A stretch of 64,000 bases of DNA. Source: Candidatus Omnitrophota bacterium (GTDB lineage Bacteria > Omnitrophota > Gorgyraeia > Ghiorseimicrobiales > Ghiorseimicrobiaceae). The translations under genes and the position numbers were made by a program. Below, in pieces: positions 19,450 to 28,110 of this stretch (within the stretch, counting starts at the first letter, position 1; every line of letters starts with the position of its first letter). The notes beneath the pieces were generated by a model, which had not been told where the DNA came from, made no database searches, and saw only the letters and a program-made list of their open reading frames with translations. The stretch spans positions 5,392-69,391 of the forward strand of contig JAUXSB010000061.1 in the NCBI GenBank assembly GCA_030681595.1, read 5' to 3'.

Positions 19450-20352
19450 CTAAGGCTGCTTTAAAAGGCTGCCTGCTGCCTTTATGGTATTAGAGTGGAT
19501 AACCACGGTATCTTTTATGTCAAAAGCATACCCGCCGCCTAAAACAATCGCGGCGGGTATTTTATTTTTACAAAAATACCCCAAGCTAAATTCATCCCTT
19601 TCTTTTAACCCATCTAGAGAAATATCTAAATTACCTAATTGGTCATTTTTATAAGGGTCGGCTCCGGCAAGGTATACCGCAAAATCAGGATTAAATTCTT
19701 CAGTTATCCTCATAAACGCTTCTTTTAAGCACCCTAAATACTCCTCATCGCCTGAGCCATCCGAAAGGCCGATATTCAAACTACCCTTATCTTTGGGATA
19801 CGGATATAAATTTTCCTGATGTATGGAAAAGGTAAAAACATTTTTATCGCCACGGAAAATTGCGGCGGTTCCGTTTCCCTGATGCAGGTCTACGTCAACA
19901 ACCAGCGCTTTCTTAATCAAACACTCCTTTTGTAAAACCCTTACGGCAATGGCTATATCGTTAAAAACACAAAATCCTTCTCCGTGATCGGCGTAGGCAT
20001 GATGAAAACCTCCGCCTAAATGCACAGATAGCTTTTCCTTTAACGCGTAGCGCGAAGTTAAAATTGTGCCTCCGGCGCAAAGATATGACGCGCCAACCAA
20101 TTTTTCCGAATAAGGCAATTCCAGCTTTAATATTTCGGCATAGCTTAAGCTTGCGTTTTTCAATTTTTCTATATAAGCTGCCGTATGTACTAAGCCCACT
20201 TCCTCAATAGAAGCTTTCTGCGGCAGGATAAAATCGTTTTCGCTAGCTGCCTTTTCTTTAAGCAGGCTTTCTTTTATTAAGCGGTATTTTGCGGTCGGGA
20301 AAACATGAGCGCCGATATCTACTTCGTATTCAGGAGAATAAATGATATGCAT
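19450..20352 (-). CDS. Histone deacetylase superfamily (acetoin-utilization AcuC/HDAC-like) protein
   Basis: VVDVDLHQGNGTAAIF and GGGFHHAYADHGEGFC are HDAC zinc-site motifs. Confidence 0.7.
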   Translation of the reverse strand: MHIIYSPEYEVDIGAHVFPTAKYRLIKESLLKEKAASENDFILPQKASIEEVGLVHTAAYIEKLKNASLSYAEILKLELPYSEKLVGASYLCAGGTILTSRYALKEKLSVHLGGGFHHAYADHGEGFCVFNDIAIAVRVLQKECLIKKALVVDVDLHQGNGTAAIFRGDKNVFTFSIHQENLYPYPKDKGSLNIGLSDGSGDEEYLGCLKEAFMRITEEFNPDFAVYLAGADPYKNDQLGNLDISLDGLKERDEFSLGYFCKNKIPAAIVLGGGYAFDIKDTVVIHSNTIKAAGSLLKQP

Positions 20353-20416
20353 ATTTTGGCAGCGTTTTCCGCCAAAGGCGGATCCGCCTCCGGCGGAAGC
20401 GGATAGGCGAGCTTTT

Positions 20417-21442
20417 CTACCCGCTATGCGCTGTCCTTAACTGGCCACAGGCGGCAGAAATATCCTCTCCGCGCGCCTGCCTTAATGTAACAAACGTTCC
20501 ATTTTTTATCAACCGTCCCTTAAAAGCCGAAACCGTCTCTTTATCCGGCGGCTGACAAGAAAAATTATCCTGTGCGTTAAAAACAATGAGGTTAACCTTA
20601 CTGTTAAGAGTAGACGAGAGTTTAGACAACTTATCTGCGTCATTTAAACCGTCATTTACTCCTTTTATCAATACGTATTCAAACGTAATCTGACGGTCTG
20701 TCTTCTCTATATAACGCGCGAGGCTAGGTATCAATTTATCTAAGGGGTATTTTTTATTCACCGGCATAAGGCGGCAGCGGAGTTCGTTATCAACGGCATG
20801 CAAAGAAATGGATAATTCAACCTGGAGGCCTTCATCGCTCAAACGCTCAATCTGCGGGATTATGCCACAGCTAGATATTGTAATGCGCCGTGCCCCGATA
20901 TTAAAACCTCCGGATGAATTTAAAATACGTATTGCTTTAAGCACATTGTCATAATTATCCAACGGCTCGCCTATACCCATAAAAACAACATTGGTTACGG
21001 CTTTTCCGGTTATGTTAGTTATCTCTGATAGCTGCGAAGTAATCTCCGATACCGTTAAATTCCGCACAAAATTTTTCCCGCTTGCGCAAAAGCTGCATTT
21101 AAATTTACAACCCGCCTGTGAAGATAAACAAAGCGTATTTCTGCCTTTAGCCGGTATAAAAACAGCCTCTATTGTTTCCCTGTCCGCTAATTCAAAAAGG
21201 AATTTTTCTGTGCCGTCTTTAGACTTTAATCTTTTAACCAAGCTCAAGCCGCCGACATAAAACTTCTCTTCTAACCTAGAAATGTTTTTGCGGGAAATAT
21301 CCGACATAACCTCAAAGCTATTTGCCCCTTTCTTATAAAGCCAGGAAAAAATCTGGGTTGCCAGATAAGGAGCAAAACCTAAGGTGGATAAATCCATCTT
21401 TAGCTCTGTAAAAGACAGATTTTTTATGTCCTGTTTTTCCAT
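20417..21442 (-). CDS. rlmN: 23S rRNA/tRNA adenine C2-methyltransferase RlmN (radical SAM)
   Basis: CLSSQAGCKFKCSFCASG radical SAM cluster, GEPL motif and C-terminal Cys; length 341 aa. Confidence 0.85.
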   Translation of the reverse strand: MEKQDIKNLSFTELKMDLSTLGFAPYLATQIFSWLYKKGANSFEVMSDISRKNISRLEEKFYVGGLSLVKRLKSKDGTEKFLFELADRETIEAVFIPAKGRNTLCLSSQAGCKFKCSFCASGKNFVRNLTVSEITSQLSEITNITGKAVTNVVFMGIGEPLDNYDNVLKAIRILNSSGGFNIGARRITISSCGIIPQIERLSDEGLQVELSISLHAVDNELRCRLMPVNKKYPLDKLIPSLARYIEKTDRQITFEYVLIKGVNDGLNDADKLSKLSSTLNSKVNLIVFNAQDNFSCQPPDKETVSAFKGRLIKNGTFVTLRQARGEDISAACGQLRTAHSG

Positions 21443-21465
21443 TTTATTAAAATTAAAATTGGCCT

Positions 21466-22428
21466 TTAGGAGGGGAGGTCAGTATCTATTCTGCCTACTT
21501 TTCTGAATTTTTCGTATCTTAAATCAAGCAGTTTATCTTTAGGCACAGAACTTAACTCTTTTAAATATTTAAGGATGGTTTGCTTGATATTCTGGGCGGT
21601 CTCTTCAGGATTATTGTGCGCTCCTCCTAACGGCTCGGGTATAACCTCATCAACTAAACCGGCGTTTAATAGATCCATGGAAGTAAGCTTAAGCGCTTCT
21701 GCCGCCTGAGGGGCACGGGCGCTGTCTTTCCATAATATTGCGGCGCATCCTTCAGGAGAGATGACCGAATAGTAAGCATTTTCCAGAATAGAGACCCTGT
21801 CTCCTACGCCTATGCCTAAAGCGCCGCCTGAGCCACCTTCGCCGATAACAACTACCACTATAGGCACATCTATTTTCGCCATATCACGCAGGTTTTCCGC
21901 GATAGCCTGCGCCTGTCCGCGTTCTTCCGCGCCGATTCCCGGATACGCTCCCGGAGTATCAATAAAGGTTACTACCGGCAGGTTAAACCGCGCAGCGAGC
22001 CTCATCAGGCGCATACTTTTTCTAAAGCCTTCCGGGTGGGCACAGCCGAAATTACGCATAATATTTTCTTTTAAATCGCGCCCCTTTTGCTGGCCAATAA
22101 CCATAACCTTATACGGCTCTATCCTGGCGAATCCGCCGATAATAGCCTTATCGTCCCCAAAGAGGCGGTCGCCGTGCAATTCAATAAAATCCACGGCAAT
22201 AAGCCTGATGTAATCTAAAGAATACGGCCTCTGGGGATGGCGGGCAATCTGCACCTTCTGCCAAGCGGTCAATTTTCGATAGGTCTCCTTGCGTAAGCCT
22301 GCCAGCTTCTCCTCTAACGTCTTAATCTCAGCGGATAAATCTACCTTGCGCTCAGAAGAAAAATGCTTCAACTCTTCAATCTTCTTCTCTAATTCTTTTA
22401 TTGGACGTTCAAAATCCAAATTAGCCAT
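21466..22428 (-). CDS. accA: Acetyl-CoA carboxylase carboxyltransferase alpha subunit
   Basis: ARHPQRPYSLDYI..VTFIDTPGAYPG..EERGQAQAIA, canonical AccA; 320 aa. Confidence 0.9.
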   Translation of the reverse strand: MANLDFERPIKELEKKIEELKHFSSERKVDLSAEIKTLEEKLAGLRKETYRKLTAWQKVQIARHPQRPYSLDYIRLIAVDFIELHGDRLFGDDKAIIGGFARIEPYKVMVIGQQKGRDLKENIMRNFGCAHPEGFRKSMRLMRLAARFNLPVVTFIDTPGAYPGIGAEERGQAQAIAENLRDMAKIDVPIVVVVIGEGGSGGALGIGVGDRVSILENAYYSVISPEGCAAILWKDSARAPQAAEALKLTSMDLLNAGLVDEVIPEPLGGAHNNPEETAQNIKQTILKYLKELSSVPKDKLLDLRYEKFRKVGRIDTDLPS

Positions 22429-22429
22429 C

Positions 22430-23272
22430 TTAATCTATAATTACTGCTTCTGTATCAGGCGGGAGAAGCGAAAATAATTCCTCTACTTCTTCGTTTTTCA
22501 TACGCACGCATCCGTCTGTAATCTGCTGCCCCAGCGTCTGCGGCTCGGTAGTGCCGTGAATTCCGTAGCTCGGCAAATCAAAACCCATCCAACGCGTGCC
22601 TAAAATATTTTCCGGATTTCCCGCTGGTATAGGCTCTAGATGACCCGGCTTAAACCACGGCGGGTTAATAATTTTATCCTTAATCTTAAATGTCCCAACC
22701 GGAGTAGAATTATTTTTCCCGGTTGAAACCGTATAGGTCTTGATTATTTCTCCATCAGATTTAAGCATTAAAATATTCTGTGATTTATCCACCAACACAC
22801 TGAATTTACCAGTCCAGACCTTAAGCTTCATCTTCGGCCGAATCATCCCGGACTTAAGCATATTTATTTTAGTTATCAGTTCGACCGTCGTGTTAAACTC
22901 TTTGGCTATCTTAATTAAGCTGTCGCCGGGCTTTACTTCGTATAAACTGCTGTTCGGCGTGATCAAAGTCGGTGAAAGAATAATTTTCATATTTAAATCT
23001 TCTATTTTTTTCTGCACATCTTGTACCTGAGGATAATTTGGATAATTATTTATGATATCCCGATAGGTAGCCTTTGCAAGAAGCAATTCGTTATCCGTTT
23101 CCTGAACCCTGGCTAAATCAAACAACTGGCGGGCCGATGCTACGTTAGGCGCCGCCTTGCTGGTTTTATGCGGAATATTTTTTATAATTAAATAAATGCC
23201 TATTATACCGGCCAGCGAAATAGGAATAATAAAAATCAATTTTTTATTCATATGCTCCCCTGTTTTGCTCAT
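22430..23272 (-). CDS. LysM domain plus L,D-transpeptidase (YkuD) protein
   Basis: LysM segment YEVKPGDSLIKIAKEFNTTVELITKINML. YkuD catalytic segment YGIHGTTEPQTLGQQITDGCVRM. N-terminal TM anchor. Confidence 0.75.
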   Translation of the reverse strand: MSKTGEHMNKKLIFIIPISLAGIIGIYLIIKNIPHKTSKAAPNVASARQLFDLARVQETDNELLLAKATYRDIINNYPNYPQVQDVQKKIEDLNMKIILSPTLITPNSSLYEVKPGDSLIKIAKEFNTTVELITKINMLKSGMIRPKMKLKVWTGKFSVLVDKSQNILMLKSDGEIIKTYTVSTGKNNSTPVGTFKIKDKIINPPWFKPGHLEPIPAGNPENILGTRWMGFDLPSYGIHGTTEPQTLGQQITDGCVRMKNEEVEELFSLLPPDTEAVIID

Positions 23273-23718
23273 CGGCTCATAAAAAGCGCAATGATTATCC
23301 CTAAAATAGATCCGGTGATTACCTGCAGCGGCGTATGCCCGATAAGCTCCTTCAGCCTGTCTTCGTGTATTTTACCTGCCCAATAAATATCATCCATTAC
23401 CTTATTTAAAATCTCTGCCTGTTTGCCTGTTGAACGCCGCACTCCCTGCGCGTCAAACATTGTAACGAACGCAAACATCACTGCCAATGCAAATAACGGT
23501 GAATCAAATCCGAAATGCATCCCGGTAGCAACGGCTAAAGCGCTGGCCCCTGATGCGTGGGCAGAAGGCATCCCTCCTGTTCCTACAAACCAACGGAAAT
23601 CAAATTTCTTCTTTGTGATGACACCGATAAAAACTTTAATACTCTGGGCAATAAACCAGCCCCAGACAGTTGTAATAAGGACTTTATTACTAATAATGGC
23701 TGTAACGAATTCCTGCAT
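23269..23718 (-). CDS. DUF212/YuiD-like acid-phosphatase/vanadium-haloperoxidase-related membrane protein
   Basis: GGMPSAHASGASALA motif; 149 aa; it overlaps the ldt stop. Confidence 0.6.
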   Translation of the reverse strand: MQEFVTAIISNKVLITTVWGWFIAQSIKVFIGVITKKKFDFRWFVGTGGMPSAHASGASALAVATGMHFGFDSPLFALAVMFAFVTMFDAQGVRRSTGKQAEILNKVMDDIYWAGKIHEDRLKELIGHTPLQVITGSILGIIIALFMSR

Positions 23719-23743
23719 TTAAGGCTCCATTTTTATATTTTTA

Positions 23744-24382
23744 TTAATAACTGCTCTGATTAACGGGTAGCACCTGTATAGAAATCTTGGGCTTGTGGGT
23801 GGGCTTTCCCTGATAAATGATATAGCCGTGATTATTTTCTTCGGCTTCTTTTACTGTTTTTCTTCTTTCTGCCTTTGTTTGGTTCTGCTTGCGGCGCGAA
23901 GCTTTCTTTGCTTTCACCAAATTCTTCAACATTTGCTTAAGTTCATCTATCGAGCCTATTTTAGCTTCTAAAACGCCTTTTTCGGATGAAAGCGCGTCAA
24001 TTTTTGCCCTTAAAGTGCTTTCTTTTTGGCTTAAGGCATGGTTTTCCACGGTTAACTCTTCGATTGCCCGCTCTAAACCTGCTATCTCCTGGCGGCCGCC
24101 GGCTAATTCCACCTTCAACTGTTCTAAATTCTGCTTCCCAAGGGCTACTTTTTGCTCAAGATTCTGTTTTTCCTGAGAAACCTGCATTAAGCGCGTTTTC
24201 TCTTCTTCTAGTTGCCTAGTTATCGCGGCATTTCTTTGTTCCAGCTCTGCCAATTGCTTCTTGCGAAGGTTTAAATCCATATTCACCCCCGCATATTTAT
24301 ATACAGAAAAAGCTGCCAGCCCCGCGAGAAAAACTATAATTAATACAAATACCTGCGTATTTGCCCTAATTTTGCTTTTCAT
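23744..24382 (-). CDS. Membrane-anchored coiled-coil protein (function unknown)
   Basis: An N-terminal TM helix is followed by ~150 aa of heptad-like Q/E/L-rich sequence and a basic C-terminal tail. Confidence 0.4.
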   Translation of the reverse strand: MKSKIRANTQVFVLIIVFLAGLAAFSVYKYAGVNMDLNLRKKQLAELEQRNAAITRQLEEEKTRLMQVSQEKQNLEQKVALGKQNLEQLKVELAGGRQEIAGLERAIEELTVENHALSQKESTLRAKIDALSSEKGVLEAKIGSIDELKQMLKNLVKAKKASRRKQNQTKAERRKTVKEAEENNHGYIIYQGKPTHKPKISIQVLPVNQSSY

Positions 24383-24485
24383 AGCATGCCTCTTATTTTT
24401 TAACCTATTACTGTTATTTAAGTTAATTTTCTCCTAAAAATATACACACAAAAGTATTATATTATAAAATCGTAAAAAAGCAAGC

Positions 24486-24716
24486 AAATTACGCCCATAA
24501 CTCCCTGTCTAGGCTGCGGTACTGTACCGCTTCAGAAATATGCTCCGTACGGATATTGGCTGAACCTGCCAAATCCGCAATAGTGCGCGCTACCTTTAAA
24601 ATCTTATCATAGGCGCGAGCACTGAATTTTAACTCGTTTATTGCCGCTTTCAGTAATTCTTCCGCCTCTTTTTCTAAAACACAATGTTTTTTAATCTGCT
24701 TATGATTCGTTAAGGA
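24486..24716 (-). pseudogene. Decayed, startless copy of the yifB/comM 3' end (last ~75 codons)
   Basis: Minus-strand translation HSLTNHKQIKKHCVLEKEAEELLKAAINELKFSARAYDKILKVARTIADLAGSANIRTEHISEAVQYRSLDRELWA. It aligns residue-for-residue with the intact YifB C-terminus (…MSHKQVRKFCVLGKEEGELLKMAMSELNLSARAYDKILKISRTIADLSGSENIKIEHLSETIQYRSLDRNLFF). Nucleotide identity is roughly 70 percent, with shared strings ctgtctaggct, atcttatcata and tttagtaattc. A TAG sits immediately upstream and there is no start codon. Confidence 0.6.
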
Positions 24717-24850
24717 GTGCTAACCTTCGGATATTCGGCCTTATTAAACGCATAAACCTAAGGTCAATTCAACAACCTAAGAGGATGCTTCAATGCAAAA
24801 GTGCGAAATAATCCTTGAACTACCGATGGCGAATCGCGTATAATACATTT

Positions 24851-25957
24851 ATGAGAATTCCCAGGACAAAAGGCGGGTTAGCCGTCATTAATATTACTTC
24901 TTATTGCAACTCGAATTGCATTTTTTGCAAGGAAGGCAAGCATGATCATCCCTTCAACGTCCCCTTGGAAACCATAAAAAAGACTCTTTTGAAACTTAAA
25001 ACTCTGGGGGTCAATGAGGTTAATTTCATGGGGGGCGAAACAGCGTTAAGAAGCGACCTGGAAGAAATCTTTCAATATACGAAAAAACAGGGCATGACGA
25101 TTGGTTTGGTGACGAACGGCCTGAGGTTCTCAGACCCTGTTTTTGCGAAAAGAATTTTAAAGTTCGTAACCTTTATGGAAATTTCAATCCATGCCGCTGA
25201 CAAGAAGATGTATCATGCTATCAGCGGCAGGGATTGTTTCGAAAAATTACTGCGGGGGATAGAAAATATAAACGCCTACAACCAATGTTCAGCTGTTTTT
25301 TTTAACTTTGTCCCCAATTCAATCAACGCTTCAAAAATGACGGATGTTTTCCGGCTCGTTAAGAAAATATGGCCGAAGAATAACGCATTTTTCCATATTA
25401 AAAAATTAGCCATTAAAGGAAAGGTTAAAACAGCCCCGCAGTTGTTACCGAACGACGCCGAATTGCGCAAGCTGTTAAGAACAGCGCTTAGATACGCCGC
25501 TGAAAATAAAATCGGCGTCTGCGTCAGCGGGTTCCCTTTGTGCGCCTACGATGGATTTGAGCACCTCAGCCTCGAACTTCTGCACGAATTAAAGAAAAAT
25601 AAGAATTTCTTCACGAATAGCTACCTTTTGACGGAGAATACGGATTTTTCGTGTCCCAAGACATCCATCCGGAAAGACACCCACTTTCCCGCCAGATGCC
25701 ATCCCTGCGGCCTTAAACGGATATGCCCCGGGCTCGACCAGCAATATTTTGAGATCAAAAATTCAATAAACTACTTGACACCCCAGAAGAAAAATATCAG
25801 GTCCGTGGTCAAAGAATTTTTACTAAAGAACACGCTTTTTCAAGGTGATTACTTTTATCATTACTATCCCTTTAAAGGCCTATTTAAGAAACACGTCATT
25901 GACATGAAACGCGCCGAGAAGATTTCCCGTCATATGGAGAAATTGCTGCTTACCTAA
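24851..25957 (+). CDS. Radical SAM protein with a C-terminal SPASM/twitch-like Cys cluster
   Basis: ITSYCNSNCIFC (CxxxCxxC) near the N-terminus. The C-terminal Cys-rich segment is CVSGFPLCAYDG...CPKTSI...CHPCGLKRICPG. The track start at 24815 is TTG; the ATG at 24851 is preferred, with TATAAT 10 nt upstream. Confidence 0.7.
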   Translation: MRIPRTKGGLAVINITSYCNSNCIFCKEGKHDHPFNVPLETIKKTLLKLKTLGVNEVNFMGGETALRSDLEEIFQYTKKQGMTIGLVTNGLRFSDPVFAKRILKFVTFMEISIHAADKKMYHAISGRDCFEKLLRGIENINAYNQCSAVFFNFVPNSINASKMTDVFRLVKKIWPKNNAFFHIKKLAIKGKVKTAPQLLPNDAELRKLLRTALRYAAENKIGVCVSGFPLCAYDGFEHLSLELLHELKKNKNFFTNSYLLTENTDFSCPKTSIRKDTHFPARCHPCGLKRICPGLDQQYFEIKNSINYLTPQKKNIRSVVKEFLLKNTLFQGDYFYHYYPFKGLFKKHVIDMKRAEKISRHMEKLLLT

Positions 25958-25992
25958 GAAGTTAAACGGCAGACGTTTTCGGGAGGGTGGTT

Positions 25993-27531
25993 TTAAAAGA
26001 AGAGGTTTCTGTCTAGGCTCCTGTACTGTATCGTTTCGCTAAGATGCTCTATTTTGATATTTTCACTCCCGGACAAATCGGCAATTGTCCTTGATATTTT
26101 TAATATCTTATCATAAGCCCTGGCGCTAAGATTAAGCTCACTCATAGCCATTTTTAGTAATTCGCCTTCCTCTTTGCCTAATACACAGAATTTGCGCACT
26201 TGTTTATGGCTCATAAGAGCATTACATAAAATTCCCTCATCCTTGAATCTTTCTCTTTGAGTCGCGCGTGCTTTATTCACTCTTTCCTTAATTTGAGCGG
26301 AGCTCTCAGCAGGTATATTGCCGCTTAATTCCTGATAACGCGCCGGTGAAACCTCAATATGAATATCAATTCTGTCTAAGAGCGGACCAGAAATTTTAAG
26401 CCTATAGTTCTGAATTTTAGCGGGGCTGCAATGGCACGTCCGGGAATGCGAGCTATCGCCAAAATAACCACACGGGCAGGGATTCATTGCCGCAATCAAC
26501 AAAAAACGGCTGGGGTAAGAGGCTGACCTGGAAATACGCGAAACATTGATGTACCCATCTTCTAACGGCTGCCTTAAAACCTCTAATACATCGCGGTGAA
26601 ATTCTGGAAACTCATCCAGAAACAATACGCCGCCATGCGCAAGGCTTATTTCTCCCGGTTTTGCCGCTGCCCCTCCGCCTACAAGGGCGATATCGCTGGC
26701 TGTGTGGTGGGGGCTGCGAAAAGGGCGCGTTACCAGCAATGGTTGATTGGCTGAGAGCAGGCCGCTGATACTATAAAGCTTAGTGGCTTCCAATATTTCT
26801 TCAAATGTCATATCCGGCATTATAGTAGGAAATCTTTTAGCCAACATAGTCTTACCGGCGCCCGGGGGGCCGATCATAAGAATGTTGTGGTTGCCGCTTG
26901 CGGCAATTTCCAACGCCCTTTTTACTAAAATCTGCCCCTTGACATCGGAAAAATCCACATCGTATTTCGCTGTCTCCTTTAATAATTCATTTAAATCTAT
27001 TTTATAAGCGGCTATATTAACGTCGCCGCTTATTATGCCGACTGCCTGGGTTAAATTCTCTACAGGGTAAACTTCGATATCCCCAACGACTGCCGCCTCC
27101 GGGGCATTTTCCAGAGGCAGAAGAAGTTTTTTTCTTCTGCCTTTTTTAACGCTTAAAGCGACAGCCAAAGCCCCTTTTACCGGCCTCACCTTTCCCTCTA
27201 AAGCAAGTTCGCCCAAAATAACATATTCATTTAATTTTTCACTGCTTAATTGTTTAGAGGCGGCTAATACTCCTAAAGCGATAGGTAAATCAAAGGAGGG
27301 GCCTTCTTTTCTTTTATCCGCGGGGGCAAGATTAACCGTAATCCGTTCGGCGGGATAATGGTAGGCGGAATTCTTTATGGCAGATTTAACGCGGTCTTTG
27401 CTTTCTTTTACCGCGGTATCAGGCAAGCCTACAACCACTACGGCAGGCAGGCCTTGGCTGACATCTACTTCTATTTCCACCGGATATACATCTAAACCTA
27501 ATACTACAGCCGAGAATACCTTTGCCAGCAT
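25993..27531 (-). CDS. yifB: YifB/ComM family Mg-chelatase-like AAA+ ATPase
   Basis: Lon-like N-terminal domain, Walker A GPPGAGKT, Walker B VLFLDE, and the C-terminal domain; 512 aa. Confidence 0.85.
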   Translation of the reverse strand: MLAKVFSAVVLGLDVYPVEIEVDVSQGLPAVVVVGLPDTAVKESKDRVKSAIKNSAYHYPAERITVNLAPADKRKEGPSFDLPIALGVLAASKQLSSEKLNEYVILGELALEGKVRPVKGALAVALSVKKGRRKKLLLPLENAPEAAVVGDIEVYPVENLTQAVGIISGDVNIAAYKIDLNELLKETAKYDVDFSDVKGQILVKRALEIAASGNHNILMIGPPGAGKTMLAKRFPTIMPDMTFEEILEATKLYSISGLLSANQPLLVTRPFRSPHHTASDIALVGGGAAAKPGEISLAHGGVLFLDEFPEFHRDVLEVLRQPLEDGYINVSRISRSASYPSRFLLIAAMNPCPCGYFGDSSHSRTCHCSPAKIQNYRLKISGPLLDRIDIHIEVSPARYQELSGNIPAESSAQIKERVNKARATQRERFKDEGILCNALMSHKQVRKFCVLGKEEGELLKMAMSELNLSARAYDKILKISRTIADLSGSENIKIEHLSETIQYRSLDRNLFF

Positions 27532-28026
27532 CTATTGTTTATTTTTTTCTGCCACTTCTATATTAATAAAACCGGAGCTTAAACTCCCGGAAAAGGCATC
27601 TAAACCAAATTCCTTACCGTCATAGCCGGCAAAATCTATCTCTACAGCAACCTGCCATTTACCTGCCTTGTTAATCCAGCCGGCAAGGTCGCCGTTCAAG
27701 AGAAGGCTTTTTTCCTTTGGCAAAATAGTTAAAAAGTGTTCTTTTGCCAGAGGCTCCGGGAAACTTGGATGATATTCGAACTTTTCAGTTTTACCGTTAT
27801 ATGTTCTTACTAGTTTCCATAAATTTTTGTGAGGATAGAAAGATATTACCTGAGCCTCTGAATCAGATAAATTTTCCACTATAGCATCCACGGAAATCTT
27901 CTCTCCTAAAGTATAATTGTTTTTTTCGCTTTTAATCGTAAGGCTAACGGTTTGGTTTTTTTCTTCACAGCACCCAAAAGAAAATATCAAGGACGCAAAA
28001 ATAACCATTAATATTATTTTCTTCAT
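27532..28026 (-). CDS. Hypothetical lipoprotein
   Basis: Signal peptide ending with the lipobox-like LIFSFGCCEEK; 164 aa. Confidence 0.4.
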   Translation of the reverse strand: MKKIILMVIFASLIFSFGCCEEKNQTVSLTIKSEKNNYTLGEKISVDAIVENLSDSEAQVISFYPHKNLWKLVRTYNGKTEKFEYHPSFPEPLAKEHFLTILPKEKSLLLNGDLAGWINKAGKWQVAVEIDFAGYDGKEFGLDAFSGSLSSGFINIEVAEKNKQ

Positions 28027-28110
28027 TGCCGTCTCCTTTTTAAGCTTTATTTTTCGCCTACGCCACCTACTATACTATCATATTACTGCTGAATAAAAAA
28101 CAAAAGCATT

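Noticed and set aside
21812-22477. Plus-strand ORFs antisense to accA
   Set aside because: They are spurious, being the GC-rich antisense frame of a conserved gene.
24793-24843. 16-codon ORF upstream of the radical SAM/SPASM gene as a RiPP precursor
   Set aside because: It has an RBS and a Cys, but it is too short and unconserved to call. It is mentioned in the finding only.
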